Below, piece after piece: positions 1 through 8,588 of a stretch of DNA of 64,000 bases. The stretch spans positions 26 through 64,025 of the forward strand of contig DAONVO010000002.1 of NCBI GenBank assembly GCA_035412805.1. Direction: 5' to 3'. Each line of letters begins with the position of its first letter. Position 1 is the stretch's first letter. A program made the translations under genes and the position numbers. The notes beneath the pieces are model-generated. The model ran no database searches and had not been told where the DNA came from. It worked only from the letters and a program-made list of their open reading frames with translations. This DNA is from Syntrophomonadaceae bacterium (GTDB taxonomy: Bacteria > Bacillota > Syntrophomonadia > Syntrophomonadales > Syntrophomonadaceae).

Positions 1-372
1 GGTATTCCGTACTCATCCATTTTGGCTTGCATGAGTCTCATCATGTCCATAACGCTGCTAAACCGGCATGTCTCTCCGCTGGGCACGAACTCCAGGTAAC
101 CCTGCAAGTCGTTGCCGGCGCTTAACGAGACATTGACAATGAATTCAGCGGGACGTTTTACCATATTGGCTGACAATTTCTCGGCCCTCCCAGAGTTAAT
201 ATTGATAAACATTCTTACCAATACCATTTATATCACCTACGGTGTTACAGGAAGATTACAGAAGCGTTATAAATGGATTATATTGGCAGGCTCATAAAAC
301 GGGTGGAAGCCATATCCATCTTTATATAGATAACGTTGGAGATAGTTCTTATGTCCCAATTTGGAAAAATGC

Positions 373-401
373 TTGCAAAAATTTAGGACTTGAACTAGAA
401 T
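373..401 (+). promoter_or_regulatory. sigma-A-type promoter candidate (TTGCAA-N17-TAGAAT) driving the riboswitch leader
   Basis: TTGCAA at 373-378, 17-nt spacer, TAGAAT at 396-401. It lies about 35 nt upstream of the riboswitch aptamer. Confidence 0.45.
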
Positions 402-435
402 AAATTTAGGAAAATGTATTCTTAAAAACTAAACC

Positions 436-545
436 TGACCGACAAAGGCAAACTTGCCGAAAGGCAAGGACGCAAAGCCATGGGTCTAACGCTTCGAACA
501 GAAGTTATGATCGCCAGGCCGCCGAAGACAGGGTTTTTATATTTA
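436..545 (+). promoter_or_regulatory. c-di-GMP-I (GEMM-I) riboswitch
   Basis: Reads ACCGACAAAGGCAAAC-UUGCC-GAAA-GGCAA-GGACGCAAAGCC-AUGGGUCUAAC. This matches the diagnostic GGCAAAC / GNRA-capped hairpin / GGACGCAAAGCC core of GEMM-I. It sits in the 5' leader of the next CDS, and downstream CCCTC tracts could pair with the AGGAGGG RBS. Confidence 0.75.
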
Positions 546-579
546 AACCCTCTTGTCGGTCCCTCACAGGAGGGATTTT

Positions 580-1536
580 ATGTTTCGCAAGGGGTTAAAA
601 ATAACGGCAAAAATTATTCTCTTGGCTTTCATTTGGACAACCTGTTTACCCCATATGGCTTGGGCTGCCCCATCTGGGGACATTTCCTTGAGCCGCAAAA
701 TTCAAATAGCTGTCAAAGTAACCAACTCGGGACGGCAGACCGCTACTGGCGTCAAGGTCCAGCTTCCACTTATCAGTGCTGACTCACAGTACCAACAGAC
801 CATTGAAGAGACCTTTAACCAGAAGGTAGAAAAAATCGTCGAAGGTGAAGCTGGAAGCCGCATCGCTCATATCATAATAGATTCCATAGCTCCAGGCCAA
901 AGTGAGACCATTACGGTTAATTATGCACTGCAAATAAAACCAGATGGCGGTCTAAAGGCTTCCTCATCATCCGGACTTCAGCAGTATCTGAAACCATCCA
1001 ACAAAATTGAAAGCAACCATTCTGCGATAGTCGCAAAGGCCAAGGAGCTCACAGCCTCTTCTGAAAGCGAATTGGACAAAGTTAATAAAATAGGAAGTTT
1101 TATAAGTTCCCACATGACTTACAAACTTAATTCTCCCCATAAAAATAAGGGAGCTATCAGTGCTTTGCAAAATGGCGAAGGTGTTTGCGAAGACTATGCA
1201 GCTCTTTTCATAGCATTGGCTAGGGCTTCCGGCTTGCCAGCCCGCCAAGTTAATGGTTTTGCTGATCCCAAACTCACCGGTGCCAGTTGGAAGTCACGTA
1301 GTCAGGAAGTGTCTCTCCAAGGATTCCGTCACTCCTGGGCAGAAGTCTACCTCCAGGGATATGGTTGGGTCGCTGTAGATCCCACCTTTGGAATCTATCC
1401 CCAGAAAGGCAAGGATAATTTAGTGGAATTGTCACCCTCGCATATCGCTCAGAATTATATGGATCAGCCGGTAAAGGTGAGTTATAGCGGTAAGAATTTA
1501 GCGGTAGGTTGGGGTAATCTTTTGATCAACAACTAA
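580..1536 (+). CDS. secreted transglutaminase-like protein (signal peptide + Ig-like/CARDB-like N-domain + transglutaminase core)
   Basis: ATG at 580 follows the AGGAGGG RBS; the track ORF begins earlier at 553. The N-terminus is hydrophobic and ends in AWA. The C-terminal domain has the transglutaminase core motifs GEGVCEDYA, FRHSWAEVY and VAVDPT (Cys-His-Asp). Confidence 0.85.
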   Translation: MFRKGLKITAKIILLAFIWTTCLPHMAWAAPSGDISLSRKIQIAVKVTNSGRQTATGVKVQLPLISADSQYQQTIEETFNQKVEKIVEGEAGSRIAHIIIDSIAPGQSETITVNYALQIKPDGGLKASSSSGLQQYLKPSNKIESNHSAIVAKAKELTASSESELDKVNKIGSFISSHMTYKLNSPHKNKGAISALQNGEGVCEDYAALFIALARASGLPARQVNGFADPKLTGASWKSRSQEVSLQGFRHSWAEVYLQGYGWVAVDPTFGIYPQKGKDNLVELSPSHIAQNYMDQPVKVSYSGKNLAVGWGNLLINN

Positions 1537-1560
1537 ACTAAAACGGTTTGCAAATAAAAA

Positions 1561-1586
1561 AGCAGGATACATTTCCTGCTTTTTTA
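1561..1586 (+). terminator. rho-independent terminator (A-run upstream, so possibly bidirectional)
   Basis: AGCAGGA-loop-TCCTGCT hairpin followed by TTTTTT, between convergent genes. Confidence 0.7.
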
Positions 1587-1684
1587 TTATAGATAAGGAA
1601 CGCAGTAGGAATAATTGTAAAATCCTTAAAAGCCTCTATTGTCTTACACAATTCTAATATGGAAAGGTATTTCCAGCAGGCAAA

Positions 1685-2875
1685 TCAGGAGTATATCTCC
1701 AGGGGCAGGACTGGTTGGATCTCGGTAGTTATGATCAGAAACCGGTTATCTTTGTTAAAGCCATCTTTAATTCTTTCCATCACTTTTTCACCCTGCTCAT
1801 AAGCCAAGCCAGGCAGCATAAGCACATATTGGTTGCTGCTCCAACGAGTTATAACATCGCCTTTGCGCAGGCTATTTACCAAAAAGGTTTCTAATTGATC
1901 CATGCCTTTTTTCACCAAACTGGTATCATTCCGGTGAGTGTTATCCATGATAGATACCAAAGCCATGAAAACTGACAAGCCTAATCTTTCTCCCCGGCGG
2001 CGTTCCAGTTTGTATATCTCTTTAAAAACTTCAGCATCGCAAACAAATGCTCCCTGATTATCAGCTTTTTCCTGGAGATGGTTTTGAATGCTATTAAGAT
2101 CCAGTCCTTCGAGCTGCCGATTTCCCGCTGCCTGTACTATTCTCTGCAGATCAGCAGAAGGTTTAATTCCTAGATCCTGGTAAAACTTGTTGGTGGTATA
2201 GGTATAGTGATTGCGGGCTTGCTTGATTCGTCCTTCGTTTACTAAGGCTTTTAGATAATAACGGTGAATATCTTCTTCGTAGGGATAAGTTCGCAGGGCT
2301 TGTTCACAAATGGTTATGATCTTTGAGTTGTCGCCCCGGGCAGCCAATAGTTCCATCAATTCCATGACTACCTGCAGGTACAAAGATTGAAGATAGTTGC
2401 GCACTGGGATGGTCCACTGGCAGTAATAGCTTTCCGGCAGGTATTCCCCTCCATACAGATCAACAGCCTGCAGCAGCAAATCTTCAGCCTGCTCAGGTTG
2501 GTTCTGTTTTAAAAAAAGGGCCTGCTGGGCCTTGTTTTCAAACTCTTCTACATCCAGCCAGTAATCTACACTTTTATTCCAGTGATAACAGCCCTGGGAG
2601 AAAACAATATAATCTTGATCCTTGGTTGGGCTTTGGCCTAGAGTTTTACGCAGGCGGAATATGAGGGCACGGACAGCCCCACGTGGGTCAGAATATTCCT
2701 GATCAGGCCAAAGGTTCTCAAAGGCTAGCTCTGGTACTATGCCTGTGTTCCGGTTGGTTATGATATACTTGAATAATTCCCATACTCGATAGGAACTATC
2801 CTGAGATAATAATTGCCCGGCCCGTTTGACTTCAAACTTACCTAGCGTTGTTATTTCCAGCTTTGAATCATGCAT
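1685..2875 (-). CDS. SARP-family regulator: OmpR-type winged helix + BTAD + C-terminal degenerate GGDEF-like domain
   Basis: 396 aa. The N-terminus (LGKFEV...LIFRLRKTLG) is a SARP-like DNA-binding domain, followed by a helical TPR-like BTAD region. The C-terminus has the GGDEF-domain layout, but SSNQY (RWSSNQYVLMLPG) replaces GGDEF. Confidence 0.65.
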   Translation of the reverse strand: MHDSKLEITTLGKFEVKRAGQLLSQDSSYRVWELFKYIITNRNTGIVPELAFENLWPDQEYSDPRGAVRALIFRLRKTLGQSPTKDQDYIVFSQGCYHWNKSVDYWLDVEEFENKAQQALFLKQNQPEQAEDLLLQAVDLYGGEYLPESYYCQWTIPVRNYLQSLYLQVVMELMELLAARGDNSKIITICEQALRTYPYEEDIHRYYLKALVNEGRIKQARNHYTYTTNKFYQDLGIKPSADLQRIVQAAGNRQLEGLDLNSIQNHLQEKADNQGAFVCDAEVFKEIYKLERRRGERLGLSVFMALVSIMDNTHRNDTSLVKKGMDQLETFLVNSLRKGDVITRWSSNQYVLMLPGLAYEQGEKVMERIKDGFNKDNRFLIITTEIQPVLPLEIYS

Positions 2876-3050
2876 AGCAGTTTTCCATTACCCTCAAAAT
2901 ACCCTGGACAATAATACTTCAGCAAAAAACAGTAAATTCCTCCTTAATTTATAATTAATTTAAATATATATTACCAATTGCGAAGATATGCTTTTGTCTT
3001 AATAGGGTATCAAAGTAGCCAGGTTTTCGACACTGTTCCCTGATACCTGA

Positions 3051-5684
3051 TTAATAACCGTTACTCTTCTGTCTGGGTTGGTGTTCAACCTGCAGAACTA
3101 TATACCCATTGTAAGCCGATAAAGTTACCGTATCTTCCGGGCCGATTTCACCGTTGATAATCTGGCGGGACAGGAGGGTTTCCACCTCATGCTGGATCAG
3201 TCTTCTTAAAGGACGGGCTCCATAGGCCGGATCAAAACCTTTATCAGCCAGAAGCTCCAAGGCGGTTCTATCCCAGCGCAGGTGCGCTTGCACATTCTGC
3301 CGAAAACGCAGAGCCAGATTCTTAAGCAGCAGTTCAGCGATGGCTTGAATCTGTTCCTTTTCCAAGGCATGGAAGACAATGGTTTCATCCACTCGATTCA
3401 AAAACTCCGGCCGGAAGTACTGTTTAAGCAGATCCGTGACTCGGGCTTTCATTAGCTGGTAATCGCCCCCGTTAGCCTGATACTCCAGGATCTCATGACT
3501 TCCTATATTAGAGGTCATAATCACTATGGTATTACGGAAATCTACGGTGCGCCCTTTACCGTCGGTTAAACGCCCATCATCCAGTATCTGTAATAGCACA
3601 TTGAATACATCATTATGAGCCTTTTCGATCTCATCGAACAGTATTACCGAGTAAGGCTTGCGCCGTACAGCCTCAGTCAGCTGACCGCCTTCATCATAAC
3701 CTACATAACCCGGTGGTGCACCGATCAAGCGGGCTACAGTATGCTTTTCCATGTATTCTGACATGTCAAGACGAATCATAGCCCGTTCATCATCAAATAA
3801 AGCTTCAGCTAGAGCTTTACTCAATTCTGTTTTACCTACCCCGGTGGGCCCCAGGAAAATAAAGCTGCCTACCGGCCGCTGGGGATCTTTTAAACCTGCC
3901 CGTGAGCGTAAAACCGCATCAGCCACGGCTTTTACAGCTTCTTTCTGACCGACAACCCTCCGGTGAAGAATCTCTTCCAAATGCAGCAGTTTTTCCCGTT
4001 CACCTTCCAGCAGCCGGCTAACCTGTATACCGGTCCAACGGCTAACCACCCGGGCAATATCTTCTTCGTCTACTTCCTCCTTCAGCAGCCTACTCTGCTG
4101 CTTACCCGCCAGAGCTTCCTGTTCCGCAATGAGACGACGTTCCAGTTCATTAAGCCGCCCGTATTTCAATTCGGCAATACGATTTAAATCATACTCCCGT
4201 TCGGCCCGTTCCATTTCGGTGCGTACTTCTTCCATTTCTTTTTTAATATCCCGTACCCGGGCAATAGCTTCCTTTTCAGATTGCCACTGAGCCTTCATAA
4301 CCTCGGATTCGCTGCGCAAATCCTGCAAATCTTTGAGCAGTAGTTGGAGCCTTTCTTTTGAGGCTTGATCGGTTTCCTTTTCCAAAGCAGCCGCTTCTAT
4401 TTCCAGCTGCATAATGCGCCGGGTTATATCGTCAAGTTCTGCCGGCAAGCTGTCAATCTCCGTACGCAGTTTGGCGGCTGCCTCATCCACCAGGTCGATG
4501 GCTTTATCGGGTAAAAAGCGATCGGATATATAGCGGTCTGAAAGAACCGCTGCTGCTACCAGAGCTGCATCTTTGATACGGACCCCGTGATGCACCTCAT
4601 AACGTTCCCGGAGGCCCCGCAAGATGGAAATGGTGTCTTCCACGCTGGGTTGGTCAACCATCACCGGTTGGAAGCGCCGTTCGAAAGCCGCGTCTTTTTC
4701 GATATGTTTGCGGTATTCATCCAAAGTGGTTGCGCCTATTGCCCGAAGTTCTCCCCGGGCGAGCATGGGTTTTAGAATATTGCTGGCGTCCATGGCACCT
4801 TCCGCAGCACCAGCTCCCACCACGGTATGCAGCTCGTCAATAAATAAAATAATCCGGCCGTTAGAGTCCTGAACCTCTTTTAATACCGCTTTGAGTCTTT
4901 CTTCAAATTCCCCTCGATATTTAGCTCCTGCCACAAGTGAACCCATATCCAAAGCCATTAAGTGCTTATCCTTTAAGCCTTCCGGAACATCCTTGCTGGT
5001 GATCCTCCGGGCCAAACCTTCCACTATGGCTGTTTTACCTACTCCCGGCTCACCAATTAATACCGGATTGTTTTTAGTCCGCCGGGACAGAATTTCAATT
5101 ACCCGGCGTATCTCCTCATCTCTTCCAATTACCGGATCTAGCTTGCCTTCGGCTGCCATCTTGGTCAAATCCCGTCCATAGCGGGTCAAAGCCTCGTAGC
5201 TGTCTTCCGGATTATCACTGGTCACCCGTTGTGCTCCGCGCACACTGCGCATGGCTTGCAGCATTTTTTCCCGGGATAAACCAATCCGGGTCAGTAAATT
5301 TTTTAGTTCTGGTTCGCTGTCAGCCAATAATGCCAACAGCAGGTGTTCCACACTAATATATTCATCTTTTAAATTTTGAGCTTCTTTTTCTGCCCGGCTT
5401 ATTACCCGGGACAAAGCCCCACTCATATATACCGGTCCTTCATAGCCATATACCGAAGGCACAGCGTCCAAAATCTGATTCAATTGAGTTCCTAACCAAC
5501 TAGTGTTTATCCCTGCCTGTTCCAGTAGCCGTGGAGTAATGCCCCCTTCCTGTTGCAACAGAGCAGCCAGCAGGTGTTTTCCTCCTATTTCCTGGTGGTG
5601 TCTATCCGCCGCTATTTGCTGGGCAGCCATAAAGGCCTCCCGTGATTTCTGGGTCAATCTCTCCAAATTCATTCTCATCACCAC
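3051..5684 (-). CDS. clpB: ATP-dependent chaperone/disaggregase ClpB
   Basis: 877-aa ORF with two AAA+ modules (GEPGVGKT and GPTGVGKT Walker A) and a long coiled-coil middle domain. The exact start is ambiguous among GTG/ATG codons at 5672-5684. Confidence 0.95.
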   Translation of the reverse strand: MVMRMNLERLTQKSREAFMAAQQIAADRHHQEIGGKHLLAALLQQEGGITPRLLEQAGINTSWLGTQLNQILDAVPSVYGYEGPVYMSGALSRVISRAEKEAQNLKDEYISVEHLLLALLADSEPELKNLLTRIGLSREKMLQAMRSVRGAQRVTSDNPEDSYEALTRYGRDLTKMAAEGKLDPVIGRDEEIRRVIEILSRRTKNNPVLIGEPGVGKTAIVEGLARRITSKDVPEGLKDKHLMALDMGSLVAGAKYRGEFEERLKAVLKEVQDSNGRIILFIDELHTVVGAGAAEGAMDASNILKPMLARGELRAIGATTLDEYRKHIEKDAAFERRFQPVMVDQPSVEDTISILRGLRERYEVHHGVRIKDAALVAAAVLSDRYISDRFLPDKAIDLVDEAAAKLRTEIDSLPAELDDITRRIMQLEIEAAALEKETDQASKERLQLLLKDLQDLRSESEVMKAQWQSEKEAIARVRDIKKEMEEVRTEMERAEREYDLNRIAELKYGRLNELERRLIAEQEALAGKQQSRLLKEEVDEEDIARVVSRWTGIQVSRLLEGEREKLLHLEEILHRRVVGQKEAVKAVADAVLRSRAGLKDPQRPVGSFIFLGPTGVGKTELSKALAEALFDDERAMIRLDMSEYMEKHTVARLIGAPPGYVGYDEGGQLTEAVRRKPYSVILFDEIEKAHNDVFNVLLQILDDGRLTDGKGRTVDFRNTIVIMTSNIGSHEILEYQANGGDYQLMKARVTDLLKQYFRPEFLNRVDETIVFHALEKEQIQAIAELLLKNLALRFRQNVQAHLRWDRTALELLADKGFDPAYGARPLRRLIQHEVETLLSRQIINGEIGPEDTVTLSAYNGYIVLQVEHQPRQKSNGY

Positions 5685-5771
5685 TTTCCTTTTGGATTAT
5701 AATTTGAGGTTGGCAGTTTCTCATGCGTCCCTGGCAAATAAAGCCGGCCTGCTAGTTTTCTCAAAAATATT

Positions 5772-5788
5772 AGTCAATATTGGTCATT
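5772..5788. promoter_or_regulatory. second, weaker CtsR-like box (AGTCAATATTGGTCATT)
   Basis: Same heptad-repeat architecture, located in the clpB leader. Two mismatches in the distal heptad. Confidence 0.4.
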
Positions 5789-5843
5789 AATGTTAATAAT
5801 TGCCCTCATTATTTAATGTTCTGGTATCTTTATGGCTACTATT

Positions 5844-5872
5844 ATTATAATTCGCTCTATTTTTATGGTCAA
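5844..5872 (-). promoter_or_regulatory. sigma-A promoter for clpB (TTGACC-N17-TATAAT)
   Basis: On the minus strand, TTGACC is at 5872-5867, the spacer is 17 nt and TATAAT is at 5849-5844. The -35 element overlaps a CtsR box. Confidence 0.55.
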
Positions 5873-5883
5873 TATTGGTCAAA
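5867..5883. promoter_or_regulatory. CtsR operator (GGTCAATATTGGTCAAA)
   Basis: Heptad direct repeat with one mismatch to the CtsR consensus (A/G)GTCAAA-NAN-(A/G)GTCAAA. It overlaps the predicted clpB -35 element. Confidence 0.6.
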
Positions 5884-5982
5884 TTGTTATACTAATTAGT
5901 GCCTACTTCCACAAGAATATTGACAAGAGACTGCGATTCCGCCATGATTATAAGGAGATGGTCCGAAAGGTGCGATAAAATC

Positions 5983-6423
5983 ATGGAAGATTTTACTACG
6001 TTTGTGTGTTATGCTTTAAAGTCCACCATGAAAAAGGTGGAACGTCATATAATTAAGGGGCTAGATGAATTCGGAGTCAATATGGCCCAGTCTTTTATAC
6101 TGTTTTGCCTGCTGGAAAAGGACGGTTCCACCTTGTCGGAAATTGGCAACCGGGCGCAGATTGAAAACTCATCCCTTACCACTATGGTAGACAAATTGGA
6201 GCGGGATGGTCTGGTGGAGAGGCGTTTATGTTCTCAGGACCGGCGCGTGATTCGTTTGCATTTAACTGACAAAGGCCGGGCGATGGGACAGGAAATATTG
6301 AGTATCGGCACCCAGCTAAATAACCGCTTTAGGAATGAATTGGGAGATATCAGTGAGGACTTTATGAAGGGATTGCACATTATATCCAACACTTTGGATA
6401 ATTTAGATCACCAGCAGCATTAA
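5983..6423 (+). CDS. MarR-family transcriptional regulator
   Basis: Winged-helix MarR pattern (LSEIGNRAQIENSSLTTMVDKLERDGLVERR). ATG at 5983 follows AAAGGTG; the track ORF from 5899 is probably too long. Confidence 0.8.
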   Translation: MEDFTTFVCYALKSTMKKVERHIIKGLDEFGVNMAQSFILFCLLEKDGSTLSEIGNRAQIENSSLTTMVDKLERDGLVERRLCSQDRRVIRLHLTDKGRAMGQEILSIGTQLNNRFRNELGDISEDFMKGLHIISNTLDNLDHQQH

Positions 6424-6437
6424 AAGACTGGCAAAAA

Positions 6438-6464
6438 GGCATGGGTAGGTCCCATGCCTTTTTT
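6438..6464. terminator. bidirectional rho-independent terminator
   Basis: GGCATGGG-loop-CCCATGCC hairpin flanked by an A-run and a T-run, between convergent marR and permease genes. Confidence 0.75.
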
Positions 6465-6530
6465 AATGTCTATAATTCATCTGAGCAATAGGTTAGTTCT
6501 TTCCGCCCAGGTTGACCTGGCTTTTAGTAT

Positions 6531-7808
6531 CTATGATTCGTCAGAAGCCAGACCTAAAATATCTAATAAAGCTATGGTGATGCTGAGTACAATTGCTACT
6601 ACCGTGGCTAGTCCCATTCCTTTCAGAGTGACTGCCCCCAGGGTCAACTGCGCCCCGCTTATACCCAGGATCAAAACCACCGAAGTCAAGATTAGGTTGC
6701 GAGGCCTGCCATAATCGATCTGCGCTTCCACAAGCATACGAATACCTGAGGCAGCAATGGTTCCAAACAGCAGCAGGGATACTCCACCCATGACCGGCGA
6801 TGGAATGTACTGAATGGCGGCTGCCAGTTTGCCCACAAAGGAAAGCAGTATAGCAAAGACTGCTGCTCCGCCGATGACCCAGGTACTATAAACCTTGGTT
6901 ATTGCTAGAACGCCTATGTTTTCACCATAGGTGGTGTTGGGGGTAGATCCCACAAAACCTGATAACATAGTGGACAAGCCATTGCCTATCAGCGAACGGT
7001 GTAAGCCGGGATCTTCCACTAAGTCTGATCCAACTATACTGCTGGTTACAAACAGATGTCCGATATGTTCTGCCACTACTACCAGTGCGGCAGGTAAAAT
7101 TATGGCGATAGCAGCCGGATTGAATTCCGGGAGGTACAAAGTAGGAAACCGTAACCAGCTAGCTGCCTGAATGGCTGCTACATCAACCATTCCCATAAAG
7201 AAGGCCAGTCCATAGCCAGCCAAAACTCCTAACAATATCGGAATAATTGCCAGAAAACCCCGGAATAATATGGATCCCAGTACTGTAAAAGCCAGAGTGA
7301 ATACCGACACAATGACTACCTGGGGATCGGGTGACCAGGTTGCCCAGGTCATGCCTTCCGGGGGAATCAATCCAGCCATTTGGGCTGCAGTAGGGGCCAG
7401 TTCCAGTCCAATAACCGCTACAATGGCACCCATAGCCGCAGGGGGGAATACCACATCAATCCAGCTGGTACCTGCAGCTTTTACAATTAACCCTACTAGC
7501 ACAAACACCAGACCTACGCAAATGAATCCCGACAGGGCAGCATTATATCCGTACTGGGGTAATACCAGTAAAACCGGTGAGATAAAAGCAAAGCTCGATC
7601 CCAGATAAGCAGGGATGCGTCCTTTACAAATCAACAGGTAAAGCAGAGTGCCAATACCGTTAAAAAGCAGGATAGTAGCTGGGTCAACTCCGAAAATAAC
7701 CGGCACCAGTACCGTGGCTCCAAACATAGCAAACAGGTGCTGCAGGCTCAGAGGTATTGTCTGTAATAACGGCAAACGCTCCTCGACACCAATTTCTCGC
7801 TTGGTCAA
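6531..7808 (-). CDS. uracil/xanthine permease (NCS2 family)
   Basis: 425 aa, about 12 TM segments, NCS2-type motifs. It lies immediately downstream of upp. Confidence 0.85.
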   Translation of the reverse strand: MTKREIGVEERLPLLQTIPLSLQHLFAMFGATVLVPVIFGVDPATILLFNGIGTLLYLLICKGRIPAYLGSSFAFISPVLLVLPQYGYNAALSGFICVGLVFVLVGLIVKAAGTSWIDVVFPPAAMGAIVAVIGLELAPTAAQMAGLIPPEGMTWATWSPDPQVVIVSVFTLAFTVLGSILFRGFLAIIPILLGVLAGYGLAFFMGMVDVAAIQAASWLRFPTLYLPEFNPAAIAIILPAALVVVAEHIGHLFVTSSIVGSDLVEDPGLHRSLIGNGLSTMLSGFVGSTPNTTYGENIGVLAITKVYSTWVIGGAAVFAILLSFVGKLAAAIQYIPSPVMGGVSLLLFGTIAASGIRMLVEAQIDYGRPRNLILTSVVLILGISGAQLTLGAVTLKGMGLATVVAIVLSITIALLDILGLASDES

Positions 7809-7831
7809 TGTTATCCCTCCCAGTTATTACA

Positions 7832-8470
7832 CTACAATAGGAACAATCGGTCTCCCGCATCCCCCAAGCCTGGAACAATATAAGCTTTATCATTCAGGCA
7901 GGGGTCAATGGCGGCGGTATAGATTTTTACCTGGGGGTATTTACTGTTAATCTGTTCTATACCTTGATTAACAGCCAGTGCACAAACAAATGCAATATTG
8001 CCCGGATCATATCCTTTCTCCATAATAAATTCCAGAGCTTTTACGCCACTGTTACCGGTAGCCAACATGGGATCAAGTACTATCACCCGGTCATATTGCT
8101 CCACCTCATCAGGAACAGTATTCAGGTAGGGTTTGGCTTCCAGGGTATCATGATCTCGATACATGCCCACATGGGCAACCCGCGCCGAAGGTAAAAAGGT
8201 TTGAAAACTCTCTACAAAACCTAGCCCAGCTCTTAGAATAGGTACCAGCAGTATGCGGCTGTCATCTACAAAGGAACACTCCGCCGGGGTATCCAGAGGA
8301 GTGATTACTTGATCCTTTTGTACTTCCAGCTCACGGCAGGCTTCGACTGCCAGCAGCAAACCTAGGAAATTCAAGGCCTCTCTAAACTCTTTAAGGTGAC
8401 TGTCGCGGTTGCGCAATATCCGCAAGGCATTACCGGCCAGAGGATGGTTTATAACATGAACTGTGTCCAC
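7832..8470 (-). CDS. upp: uracil phosphoribosyltransferase
   Basis: Upp motifs VLDPMLATGNS and YIVPGLGDAGDR. GTG at 8470 follows the GGAAAGGAGGG RBS; the track ORF extends to 8509. Confidence 0.9.
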   Translation of the reverse strand: MDTVHVINHPLAGNALRILRNRDSHLKEFREALNFLGLLLAVEACRELEVQKDQVITPLDTPAECSFVDDSRILLVPILRAGLGFVESFQTFLPSARVAHVGMYRDHDTLEAKPYLNTVPDEVEQYDRVIVLDPMLATGNSGVKALEFIMEKGYDPGNIAFVCALAVNQGIEQINSKYPQVKIYTAAIDPCLNDKAYIVPGLGDAGDRLFLL

Positions 8471-8588
8471 CGTTTCCCTCCTTTCCAAATTTGGTCGCAA
8501 ACCAACCATAAGATCTTCGACATTTATCTGTTGAATCCTCTAACAATTGTTGGATATAGTCTAAAAACATATGGCCTTAACTCTTTGT

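Noticed and set aside
17-45. A 13-nt exact match, CCATTTTGGCTTG plus TCTCATC, between the window start (17-45) and the region upstream of the aminotransferase-AAR fusion (about 59966-59995). On the - strand both read as M-R-[IL]-[LM]-Q-A-K-M.
   Set aside because: In a 64-kb window, dozens of 13-mer matches are expected by chance (about 4e9 pairs x 4^-13). The similarity does not extend beyond about 25 nt. The second locus is a 12-codon frame bounded by stops.
1-164. Possible - strand ORF (MVKRPAEFIVNVSLSAGNDLQGYLEFVPSGETCRF...) starting at 164 and running off the left edge.
   Set aside because: Only about 54 codons are visible. There is no convincing RBS at proper spacing, and I can make no family assignment, so it is not reported as a feature.
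5921-5960. TTGACA at 5921-5926 as a -35 element for the MarR gene.
   Set aside because: No acceptable -10 hexamer lies at 16-18-nt spacing (the candidates are CATGAT, GATTAT, ATTATA at 17-21 nt), so it is not reported as a promoter.
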